Below are positions 12,365 to 23,756 of a DNA stretch of 64,000 bases, piece by piece. The position numbers and the translations under genes are program-made. The DNA is taken from positions 7,750,001 through 7,814,000 of the forward strand of contig JAQFVV010000005.1 of the NCBI GenBank assembly GCA_028023455.1, given 5' to 3'. This DNA comes from Epiperipatus broadwayi. Its lineage: Eukaryota; Animalia; Onychophora. The notes below the pieces were generated by a model. It had not been told where the DNA came from and ran no database searches. It saw nothing but the letters and a program-made list of their open reading frames with translations. The stretch's first letter is position 1, and the number at the start of each line of letters is the position of its first letter.

Positions 12365-12546
12365 AAAACTCTCTATATGTATTTCCATCAGTGCAAGCCA
12401 GAGTAATAAATGGATACCAGAAGGCTTGTGCATAAAATCCCCATCTAGTGCCTACTTATCCAATATCCCAGACTAGTTTCTGGCTTATGGCCTTCGTCAG
12501 TGAGGAACCTTGGATCTGAGAGCATTGCACCCAGATCTTAGGATCC
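12365..12546 (-). mobile_element. Family-A hammerhead element, single truncated unit
   Basis: Collinear with 6752-6930 and 14150-14330 (aaaactctc...gtgcataaaatccccatctagtgcctac...ccagatcttaggatc). Confidence 0.85.
12466..12506 (-). ncRNA. Minimal type I hammerhead ribozyme, core intact
   Basis: UCCUCA CUGACGA A-GGC-CAUAA-GCC-A GAAAC UA GUC UGGGA. Confidence 0.85.
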
Positions 12547-12943
12547 CGAAAATATTCATTAAAAATAAAAGACATTCTTCATTTCCCTAAAGAAATTTAA
12601 ATATGAAAGTAAATCAACACCAAGAGTGGAGACGTATACATTGCATCTTTGAAATCTTTTTATTTTCGATGCTTATTCAATCCATATCCTTAGTTATATT
12701 TTAAAATAAACTTACTGAATTTGCAATATAATATAATATTTATAATCACTTACATCTATTTTACATCAGTACTTAAAAGCAAATATCTTAATTTTATATC
12801 ATCTTTCTTTATCTAAAATCATAAAAAGAAAAAATAGCCTTTTTCCCCAGCTCTATACGCTAATCCACATCAACAGCTTTAGGTCGCTCGAAATCAGTCA
12901 CTTTTTGAGCTACATTACAGTTTATATGCTTGTTTGAAAGCTT

Positions 12944-13044
12944 ATGTGATGATGTGATGTGATGTATTGTGGCTTCTCCTTAAATGAAGTTAAGAATATC
13001 TCAGCAATTATGCCCAGATAAACCTGTTAGCCACTTTATTTTCC
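12944..13044 (-). mobile_element. ~100-bp 3'-UTR-only copy of the (ACATC)n-tailed LINE
   Basis: cttctccttaaa...tctcagcaattatgccca...aacctgttagccacttta matches 13709-13772 and the reverse complement of 35330-35400; gatgtgatgtgatgt tail. Confidence 0.8.
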
Positions 13045-14137
13045 TGTACAATGCTGACCTCTCTCAAATTATTTTACAAGTAAAAAATAAATAAATGTGA
13101 CATTGTAAGTCTAACAAAGTCAGTCCTACTGCTGATTGGTTGTTAACTGTAGAGGATAAAGAAAACCGCTTGTCAATAAATTTTACCACTACGATTTCTT
13201 TTATTTCATTTCGAAGGTGATAAATGAATGTTTTACACCATTTTAAAAGTATTTTTTGACATATTATAAATTATTTTGATAAAATATGCTAAAAATAGAA
13301 TTATTTTAGAAAAATAGTTAAGATTTTAGTAAAAATTATCTTTTTTTTTTACTTTTCCACAATGTAAAATTGGGAAAGAAATCATTGACATCAGCAACAC
13401 TTTTTAGTTGGTGAGCAACATTCATTTTAGATTTGCCGCTATCGAATATTTTTATAATTATAAATAAAAATTTATTTTTGAAAAAACTTTCGTTCACTTT
13501 CATAACTTGACAAATTATTAATATACTTTTTACAAATGAAACTAAAGTGAATATAATATTAAAAGATGAATATATTTTTACGGCTGAGTTTGTGAATTGA
13601 TCAATTATCAGTTTAGAGTTTTATCTCACTCGGCCAATAAAATTAATGACCACAGTAAGAGTTAAATAATTAATACTCTATAATGAATAGTGATGTGATG
13701 TACCATGACTTCTCCTTAAACGGAGTCAGGAATCTCAGCAACTATGCCCAAAGAAACCTGTTAGCCACTTTACCTTCCCCTTCCATTCCCCACCCTAAGC
13801 TTTCTCATAATCTACTCCATCTCATTTCCACAATCATAATCTTTGTCAACTCTATGGCCTTTATATCTAAAGCCCCCTTATCTTTTCCCAAACCCAGCAT
13901 AAAAACCAATAACCCATTTTCTACATAATCACTTTGTTCATATTTATTCTCCCATAACTTCATTATTTGTACCCTTTCTGATTTTAAGCATTTACATTCA
14001 ATCAACAGATGCCTAATATTTTCTATATCTTCTTCCTTACACAATTTGTGAACTAAATCACCCATATTTTTCCATTTACATGTATATTCTCTTGTTGCTA
14101 AAGATCCCGTTAGAGCCTTAAACAATAAGCTACCTTC

Positions 14138-14586
14138 ATTAAAACAGGCAAAACTCACTATATATTGCCAAACACAGCAAGCTAGAGTAATCAATGAATG
14201 CCAGAAGGCTTGTGCATAAAATCCCCATCTAGTGCCTACTCATCCAATATCCCCAAACTAGTTTCTGGCTTATGGCCTTCGTCAGTGAGGAGCCTTGGAT
14301 CTGAGAGTACTGCATCTAGATCTTAGAATCTAATGCAATCCTCCAGCAAACACCTTTTATCTTCATTTAACTACAAAACTATGAGTCTTAAATTGCAAAC
14401 ACCTTAATGTTTTCAATCCAAGCCCATTAGCTTACATAGTCATATGGGGATTTTATGCACAAGCCTTCTGGCATCCATTGATTACTCTAGCTTGCTGTGT
14501 GTGGCAATATATATAGTGAGTTTTGCCTGTTTTAACAAGTTATACCCAAGCATAAGAGGAGGTGGTCATGTGATGTTTATTGGCTT
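14138..14586. mobile_element. Family-A hammerhead element, head-to-head fold-back, with target-site duplication
   Basis: Minus arm 14138-14443, plus arm 14444-14586; ~88-bp inverted repeat 14141-14228 / 14444-14533; flanked by aataagctac(c/t)ttc at 14124-14137 and 14587-14600. Confidence 0.9.
14250..14291 (-). ncRNA. Minimal type I hammerhead ribozyme, core intact, GUU cleavage triplet
   Basis: UCCUCA CUGACGA A-GGC-CAUAA-GCC-A GAAAC UA GUU UGGGGA. Confidence 0.8.
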
Positions 14587-17500
14587 AATAAGCTACTTTC
14601 CTTACTATTTATCACAAATTAACTCTCACCCAATGTTCCGTTTACTTCTATATATATTTAAACTCTTTTTTATTCTCCATACTTGTTTTCCAACTCTCTA
14701 TTCTTTATTAATGCATCTATTCTTTTATCCCATTCCTTACCACTATAACACTCAACAATCCTCCTAACACAATCATCCCACCTTTCATACAAGTATACTG
14801 ACATAAGATCTTTATTCAAATCCTTTGCATACTGCATTACCTTTCTCACCCATCTTGCTGCCTTCCCTTTACTCATAACCCAATTAAATACTATTTTGGA
14901 TATTCTTTTATTATCCATAAACTGCAACCTACCAAAAATTTTTATTTTACTTTTTGCATCTCTCATATAAAACTTGACCATCCCATTTCTCCTTGAATTG
15001 CCTCCTTTGCTGTTCATACCTCTGCATCTAATGCATGTATGTCTTCCTACTTCTCTTGTATTTTCTCTAAGTAATCTAATATCTTTTTACTAAAATATAA
15101 TGCATCATCACCATATGTTAACCCTTCTACTACAACTCCCTTCCATACAATTCTAGCTACATCATATTTATTATATGAAAACACCGTTAATTTCTTTACT
15201 AAACCCTTTCTTTTCTTTGCTTCGTTTACCAATTTTTTCTCCCATTCAACCAAACAATTTTCCTGATTGCTTAAGATGATTCCCAAATAACTATATCTAT
15301 CCACCACACTTAACTTTATATCCCCCAATAAAAATTCTACATCTTCTCTTTCCCCATTATTAATCATCATTATATTTGATTTGTCTTCACTAAATTTAAT
15401 TCCCATCACTTTACCCATCCTTGCACATGTCCTCAGCATAACTTCCATATCTTCTCTTCTTTCTGCACACAAAAAAATATTATCCACAAAAAAAAAAGAC
15501 CTGGCAAAATATATACCCCCTCGCCACCCATTAATATCCCTCCTCTTCCTTAATCCCACCTCATTTTTAACTGATTCTATATCCCCTAATTGGTAAGTAT
15601 AGTAATTATTTTCATATAATTTCTTAATAATATTTACTAAAGCTTCATCCATTCCCAAATTTGCTAACCTTACCCATAATCTATTTCTATTTACACTATC
15701 ATATGCCTTCTCTAAATCTATAAAACTTATATATAACGATAGTCTATCGTTTAAAAATGCAACGGCCCCTACCGGAATATATGCTAATGTTTTTTTACTA
15801 ATTATGCTAGTTTTGCAGCCATTGCATTCATTTCCTGGGGTAAAAAAGATAAGTTTTAGGTATGATTTTATTTTACATATATATATTTTTAGATAACATT
15901 TAAAGCGGTATTGTTTTAGTTATTTTTTGATTAATGTCTGTAATTTGTTTTGGTAATACAATGTTGAAAATAAGTGACTAACGTTTAAACTATTTTATTG
16001 AAAATATTTTATATTTATTTTAAGATGAGTTGCTATATTTATTTCATATAGCATTTACTGATAATTAAATCCGAGAAATATGTATAAAGTAGTTAAGATG
16101 TGAATCTTAGATAAATGTTCAAGTTAGATAAATGTATTCAGCTTCCAGCTGGTTTAAAAGCTTAAAATTAGATACTTCGTACATACTTTGATTTCTTATA
16201 CGTTGATCGTTTACTTGTTCAGGAGATCAAATAATGCCCGTGAATTAGCTTTCTTCTCTTTTTGGAGAAAATTATTAAAATATCTTTAACTCGTCATCAA
16301 TCGTTTGCTAATATAGCTTTTTGGCGAGTGATTGGGTGCAGATTAAGATGTCCCAGTTCAAATGTGAGCGCTCGTTGAGAATGTAATTAATATGTTATAG
16401 TAATAGTTCAAATAATATTTTACCTTTTTAATTGATGTGATCACAATAATAATAGAATGGATTGTAGGTATGTATTATGAAGAAACATTTTTTAAGAGGG
16501 AATAATATTGTTATTTGGACAGCCTAAATTGTTCAACGCGTCTTCCATTTATTAATGTGTCGGTCTTTATAGTTTTATTTGTTAATTATAATACTGAAAA
16601 TGATATTGTCATTGAAAAGTAGCGTAGTTGTTGTTGTTTTTTTAATTTAACCAAAATAATTATTTCTCAATGATCTAATTATCTTTGGCATTTAAAGTTT
16701 ATCTGCAAACTTCACAATCATTAAATTTTTGATAAGAAAAAGTAGCGTTGAATGATAATCATTTTTTAAATCGAAATAGAAAACAAATTCGAATAAAGCT
16801 AAAAATAGATTGAAATATAAATTAACATTTAATAATAATAAAATTGAAAAAATATAAAGTACAGAATTAGAAAATGCAGTATAAATTAACAAAATAAAAA
16901 TAAGTAGGAATTTTAAGAAATATAATTCAATCAAGATGAAAGAAAGAAAAACATATATAAATAAAGAAATAAAAATGGGTGCAATTGCGAAAAACAGAAC
17001 TGCGAAATTAAATGAAGAGAATGCTACTATCACAAAGATAATTATTTCCAGGATTGTGGTATCAATTCATTTATGTCAATTTATTTAAAATTTCCTGAAT
17101 TAAAAAGTATTTTAATTATAGATACTAAAATGTTAAGATCATGAATAAAACAGAAAATGGTAGTAAAAAATGAAAAGAAATGATTAGATGCTGCAGGTTT
17201 CTGTGAGAACATGTAGATAAGTTGCAATGAAATTTTATGATAATAATAAACACTCATAAATAAGTACAGTCATTCTAATTTCAAGGGAAAAAAATTTTTG
17301 CAATGACTACATAAACTAATCCATGAATCACAAATGTATCTGCATATAGAGCATAATGAAATTAGAAAAGGTTTTTTAATTGTGGATGAATCACTAAGTA
17401 GCCTTTCATAAGTTATAGATTTTTGCCAATAGATAAAACAATTCCGTGAAATTTAGTTAGTATTCAGATATATATGTATATCTCTGCATTCAACCATGAT

Positions 17501-17689
17501 CATGAAGAGATAAAAATCTCATCTAAAAATTGCAAAAAAATTTGAAAATAATTAACTATACATAAATAGCTATTTTTATTGTGTTGGATAGAGAATGATG
17601 ATGAAAGGTTAAAAGATTATAGAATAGGGATATAAAAGATACGGAAGATTGATTGGTTTTATACAAAATATAACTATTATGAATATATG

Positions 17690-17855
17690 AAGGTTTATGC
17701 ATAAAATTTTTATTTAGATGTTTATTCATCCAATATCCTTCTAGCATCTATTGATTACTATGGCTTGGGTAGCACTATTGTCTGGAGAGTTTGCTATTGT
17801 TTTAACAGCTTGTGTAAACATATGAAATGATGGTCATGTGATGTTTTAATGGTAT
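17690..17855. mobile_element. Family-A fold-back fragment lacking the ribozyme
   Basis: Minus piece aaggtttatgcataaaat...catccaatatcc joined at cc (17737-17738) to plus piece ccttctagcatctattgattac...ggtcatgtgatgtttt. Confidence 0.7.
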
Positions 17856-18589
17856 TATGAATATATGATTCAAGAATCATAAAAAAATGTACACATGGAA
17901 ACATTTAGGAAATAGAATAAATTACATTTTAAGAGATTGCATCTGTACTTCTGGCAATTCAGATCACAATTTGGCAATGAAAAAGTTGAGATTATCTTGT
18001 AAAATAATTTTAAAAAATGAGAATTAAAAAAGGGAGATATTAATATATTGAAACAGAATATTAAGAAACAATTCAAATAAAAAAGAGGAATTTTTCAAGG
18101 GAGATTTAAATAATACTGAATGACAGACAGTAATTTTTAATAGAAGGACAAATATCTAAGATTAATAATGAGATAATGAATAAAATAGAAATCAATGAAA
18201 TTCTTATGAGAGCATAATGGTAAATTAAGATTAGAAGCAGATGGAGCTAAAAGAGGATGGGTAGAAAAGGATTGTAAGAAAATAAATGTATTATAAAGAA
18301 AGAAAATATAGGTTGACATATAGTGGAATATAAAAATTTTCTGGAAATGAATAAATTGGTAATTAAAAACAGAAGACAATGGATGCATTAAAACAATGGA
18401 AATAGTTTGTAAGTGATGTATAGGAGTAATAAGTAATATACAGGTATATGGCTTTTAAATGGTATTTTCTAATTGAAAAATAAAGTTACATAGATAAGAA
18501 TAATGAAGTAAAAATTATAAAAGTTTTTTTTTTTATAAGTTTATTTTTTGCTATTAAGGCTTTGGCGATTTTATATTGCTAAGCTATTA

Positions 18590-18900
18590 ATATATGGTGT
18601 ATCTGAACTTAGTTCAGTCCCATATGGCTATTTAAGTTAGATAGCTGGCTTGGAAGACATATAGATGTCTGAAAAGTTCAGATTTTTTACTTAATAATTA
18701 TACATTAGATAAAGTGCTGGCTTGTCGTGGTATTTTTAATCTAATGCTTGAATATCCTAGCACCTCACTGACGATGCCAGTAGCAGAAAATGATCTAAGG
18801 TTGGGAATATTCTGCAAAGTTTGTTAAGAGCTTATTTTGCGAGCTCTATATATAACATTTGTAAATACAAGCTTATTAAATTAGGTCATGTGACATCTGA
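18590..18900 (+). mobile_element. Hammerhead-bearing element, family B
   Basis: Near-collinear inverse of 44965-45240 (cattagataaagtgctgg...gaatatcctag.acctcactga...gagctctatatataacatttgta...ttaggtcatgtgacatctg). Confidence 0.85.
18763..18800 (+). ncRNA. Family-B hammerhead ribozyme, stems I and III eroded
   Basis: CCUCA CUGACGA UGC-CAGUA-GCA GAAAa UG aUC UAAGG. Confidence 0.65.
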
Positions 18901-21900
18901 CTTGATTTTTTTTTTGTAAAAGTTTTAAAAAGAAATAAAATCTGACAAAACACAAAGTTTTGAGGTAAAGTGGACTAACAGAATTTTCTTTTATACTATA
19001 GATTCAAATGAAGAAAAGGCTTACAGGAATAAAAAAGAAATTGATAAGATATTTGAATGAGTTTCTAATAGATTAAACATATATACATATCATGAGCAGT
19101 TGAGTGTTGAGAACTCTTAATTGAGAGATGCAAGGAAAGGAAAAGAGGTTAAAATTTGTTTCATAGGTTTTTAAAATGCATTGAGAATAAGTTGGATTAT
19201 TTTGTTGGATATTGGGGGGAGGGCTATGGATAGTAAAATCATTTATTAAAAAAATTATATATGTATTAGAAAATATTTGTTAGATTTAATAATAGTTTTG
19301 CTGAAGAATTAAATGCAAAAAAGATTGTTTGATTCCTGTTTTGATAATTATGATAAAAGAGAGCAGTAGTTTGACAGAATTAGCATTAGAAATAAAAGAA
19401 ATTTTTATATCAGATTTATCATTGATTTTAGATATGCCTCTGTTTAGTGAGAATAAGCTGCTGAAAATATTGTCTAGATTTGATAAATTTTGAAGATTTG
19501 ATATTAAAATAATTGTAGATACAATTAATGCAATGAAAATAATTAATAAGATGAACATTTAAAAAATAAATATTAAACATGAGGCTATAAAGCATGTTAA
19601 GGCTTTTAAACATAGTTGAACATCCAATAATGATATAAAAGTTAGAGAGAAATTGCAATAGCTAAATAAAGTTTAATAAAGGTAGAAAATATTTTGCAGT
19701 CCATTACAATTAGATTTAATAGAGAAACTTCTTAAATGATTTATCATTTTAGATAAAGCATAGGCATAGACAATTCAGAAAAAAGAAAGGAAAATATTGA
19801 AGATCTGTTCTGTGTGGATTTGAAGCAAAATAAAAAGAATGAGTTGAAAAGGTATGTTTGACAGCATAGAAGGATTGAAAATAGTAAGTGAACATAGATC
19901 ATGTATTGAGAAAATGAGAAAGGGAAGCTATTGAAAATAAAACTTTCAGCAAGGAAATATTGGAAGCTATGATTGGAATATGGCTGTATCAAGTTGATCA
20001 ATGAACTTAATAAAAGAAGATATCCACGAATAAGGAATAGAACAAAGGATAGAAAGATTTTGAAAAAATTTGTCTTGTTTGGTGTATGAAGCCTGCCCCC
20101 CCCCCTTGTAATCAATATTGACAATGAATATGCTCTCAATAGTATGTTTTCAAGTCTTTTTTGCTGCCCTATTTTTACTATGTGGTTTTTATGTTTTATG
20201 TCTGTGCTAGCAGTATTTAATACTATATCAGGATAATCTATGATGTGTCATTGTGGACATGAACATGAGGTAATAGACCTTGAATAAATATCTTCTGATG
20301 ATTGTGACAATGATTATTTACTTAACTGATTGAATTAAGATGTTTTAAAGTATTTTATATGGCTTTAATTTAAGCCAGTGATTCAGAAATTATTTTTTGC
20401 TTATCATTATAATTATTTTCTGTTTTAATAGTTTTTGTATATATCTGAATATTAATATATGTGTTTTTTATGCAATTTATTAATTACTCTTAACAAATAT
20501 ATTAATATTTAGACATGCAATACTTTCTTAATTAATTGTAACACTAACTAAAATTATATTACAACACTCATTTCCAAATTCAATAAAAATAAGGATTTTT
20601 TTTTATATATCTAATGATTTTAATTGTTGATATTGTTAGAGTTAGTGAGTCAAATGAACAAAATATCTTATGCATTAAAATATGAGGATTTTACAACAAT
20701 GAGTCTACTCGCATGTAACCAAGGTACTTAATAGATGATTAATAAAGATCTACTTTTATTGAAGAAATATTAGTACTAACAAAATTTATTTTATCAGAAT
20801 CTGGTAGCTTACAAGAATTCCATACAATTCCAATATTTCCTTACAATAGTGGTTCAAATTTTTTACTTGTTTTCTATGTATAATTATATCTTTTGAAATG
20901 AAATTCAATAATTCAGCCTACATAATTACCTTTCAATAACTTACACTGAATGGCATTACTGTATGGAGAGTTTTCTATTTTAATATATTTGTATCATTAA
21001 TTTTCCATATAATGGATAGATAGCTATTTTTCTGCTAGATCAAGAGTCCATTGATTTAACTGTGCTAGACTCTAATAATATCTTTGTTCCTCATTAATTT
21101 AATAGATAAATTATATTTCCCTATCCGAACCAGCATCCAATATTTTTAAGTTAAAAACAGAATTACAGTGGAGAACTTAGATATTTTTTATTTTTATAGA
21201 AAAAAATTCTGTTTACAATGAATTTGTCTTTTACTAAGATTATTACTATCATTTTACAAAAATTGAGTCAAAAAAGATTCAAAATTTTCAAATAATTTAA
21301 TGAAAAACAATTCACCCTTAGACTTACTTTAATAATTCTTCTGTTTTGGCATTACAATCTTGAATTTCCTATTAATTTTTTTCCCCATGTTATAGCAACT
21401 TTTTGTCTATTTTAAAAGAAGCAATTAACTTAAAAGCATTCCTAGATGAAGAATATTTTTTTTAATAAATTAGGACCCAAGTGTGGTTGTACCAGTTGAA
21501 AGTATTTCACCAAAAACATTTTATTAAACTGATGAACAATAAATTAAAATAACAGACATATTTAGCCAAATTTATCCTGCAGTTTAAATAAGAAATCAAA
21601 AAAAAAAACTTTTTATAACATTTAGCCATTTATTTTCCAGATTTTAATATACAATTTTATAATTCTTCATAACTGAAACATAAATACATTAAATTGTGCA
21701 CAATATACAGAAACAGGTAGCAACAATTCACTTTTATTTCAACAGAGAAAACTCTACCCTTTGAAAAATTATTTTTCTATTTTGTTTCATTTTTTGTAAT
21801 GAAAGACAATGAAGTGAATAGAAATCTTAACACACCAATTGTATATCTTTTGCCAATCAAGGAAACTTTCTCGATCTATAAGATAGATCAGTAGTGCAAT

Positions 21901-23756
21901 TTTTTTACACTTGTGATCCCTTTCCTTGGATAAAAATTTGATGCAACCCATTGGGTTTGATCTGAATTGCAGACTCAGACGAACAGTAACAAAAAATACA
22001 AACACCTGCAGTTCAATTAATATTATTTATTAGGATTAAATATAATTACATAATTTACAAATCAATGAATATATTGCTACATATATAATCTTAATTAATG
22101 CAGGGCCGGTGGTGTCCGAAAAACTATTCACTTCTAGCTGTACCTAACAGCCGGCCTCGTGAGTTTGTCCAACGACTCTTCTGGCTGTACTAGACAGCTT
22201 GCCTCGTGTCAGCTGGTCTTAGCAGCTTCCAGTCCTATCATGGATTTGCCTCACTGCATAGATCTATAGTGTAATGGCTCTAAGGGAACACTGTTAGCAG
22301 TGGATTCATTGGAGAATGCATACTGTCACTTAGTTCAGACAGTTTTTCTTTGCCTTACCTCCAAAAAAAACTGACTATTTATTTCCAGATAGCATTATTG
22401 CCTACTGACCATTGGCTGATTTTTATCTGTTTACTCATTGGTTAATGGCAATGAATGGTCAATCCGGAAGGAATCTGGATTAGTCCACTTCTGAAGACAA
22501 GGTGAAATATGATACAACCCTTTCTTTGCTGTATACCTAAATTATAAGTATGAGTATGAAAAGATATTCATAATAAAATGATAGTAGTTTTAATTAATAT
22601 ACAAATTTATATTTATTAATATTTTATTATTAATGACATAAGATTCAAAATGAAATTTTTGAATAAATTTTTATATTTATAAAAAAAAAAGATATATATA
22701 CAAAAACAATTTATATTCATTTCATTTTTATCGATTGTAAAAAATTTAATTCTTTCAAAAAAAAAACTCATCATTATCCAAAACTTAAGAAAGTTTCTTA
22801 AAAGTTTTGTGACCTCTAACAATGAGGGGTCATGCCCCACAGGTTGCACACCACTGAGATAGATGATTATTAATCTGAAATCCCTGTATATCAATAATAC
22901 CCCCCCCCACTATATATCTAAACTCTTCTAAAAATTAATTTAAAAAAATATCTATAGTTAAATTAATTTATTCAATATAGTATATTGTATCAATACAAAT
23001 TTATTTGTAGCAGAATTTAAAATAATAAATCAGCACAATACCTTATAATTTTGTTTGGGTTAATATTTTTGAATTATGTTTCAATTAAAGGTAGTTTACA
23101 TATATCATAATCTCTTAGTACTTTTTTCAAATATATATATATATATTGTCTTTCAGTTTTAAAATAAATATAGAAATGTTATTTTTGTAAACTCTGTTTA
23201 AATAATATTTTATGTCAAAGTAAGACAATAATCATTATCATAAATAGTTTTTCTTTTTTACTATTACTCATATATTTGTCATTTTTCTTTTGTTTTCTTT
23301 AGGTTGGCAATGAGTCATATGTGACTTGCTTCAGTTTTTTTTTTTTAAAAAAAAACAAAATCAAAAAACGAAAATCACTTGGGTCAACATTGTTACAGAA
23401 AAATCATTACTTAATTTGGCTATGCGATGTGAGTGCCATCTATTGACTTATTACTTTGATATATGATTTATGATTGCAATTGCTAACTGAAACAAATTTA
23501 CAATATCATTTATGTGCTGAGCAATTGTTGATGGACTAATAATTATCCTGCTATGACAATAGATTAAAAATAGGTAAAAGGTTTTGCACAGGAGACAAAA
23601 CGCACTCATCATATGCGAGTAAATGCCAACACAAAAAAATGTAATTTAATAGTGCAGAAAATAAATCACACTAGTTGATGTGATGGAAATGTGCTCTGAA
23701 TAAAATTGCTTAAAATGCATAAAATAACTTATAAAGAAGAGGACATTAAACATATA

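Larger units (their letters stand above)
13690..15745 (-). mobile_element. 5'-truncated LINE (RTE-X-like, clade tentative), interrupted by a hammerhead element
   Basis: LYISFIDLEKAYDSVNRNRLW, FFVDNI (FADD), YSYLGI, LTYGD, FYMRDAKSK, C-terminal CKEEDIENIRHLLIECKC knuckle; (ACATC)n tail at 13690-13701. ORFs 15047-15658, 14670-15017, 13805-14194. Confidence 0.9.
17880..20070 (+). mobile_element. Highly decayed RTE-type LINE, interrupted by a family-B hammerhead element
   Basis: TWKHLG, SDHNLAM (endonuclease end), RTLIERCK..KEVKICF (RT) and a purine-rich 3' region. Heavily frameshifted. Confidence 0.55.

Noticed and set aside
17170-17560. Fragments resembling pogo VFNCDE or a Dbf4-type zinc finger (GFCE...H...HSNF)
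   Set aside because: Each reading needs several frameshifts or stops and the two are mutually inconsistent.
20294-20320. Isolated CTGATGA hits (also ~21531 and ~44203)
   Set aside because: No stem II, GAAA or stem I partner downstream.
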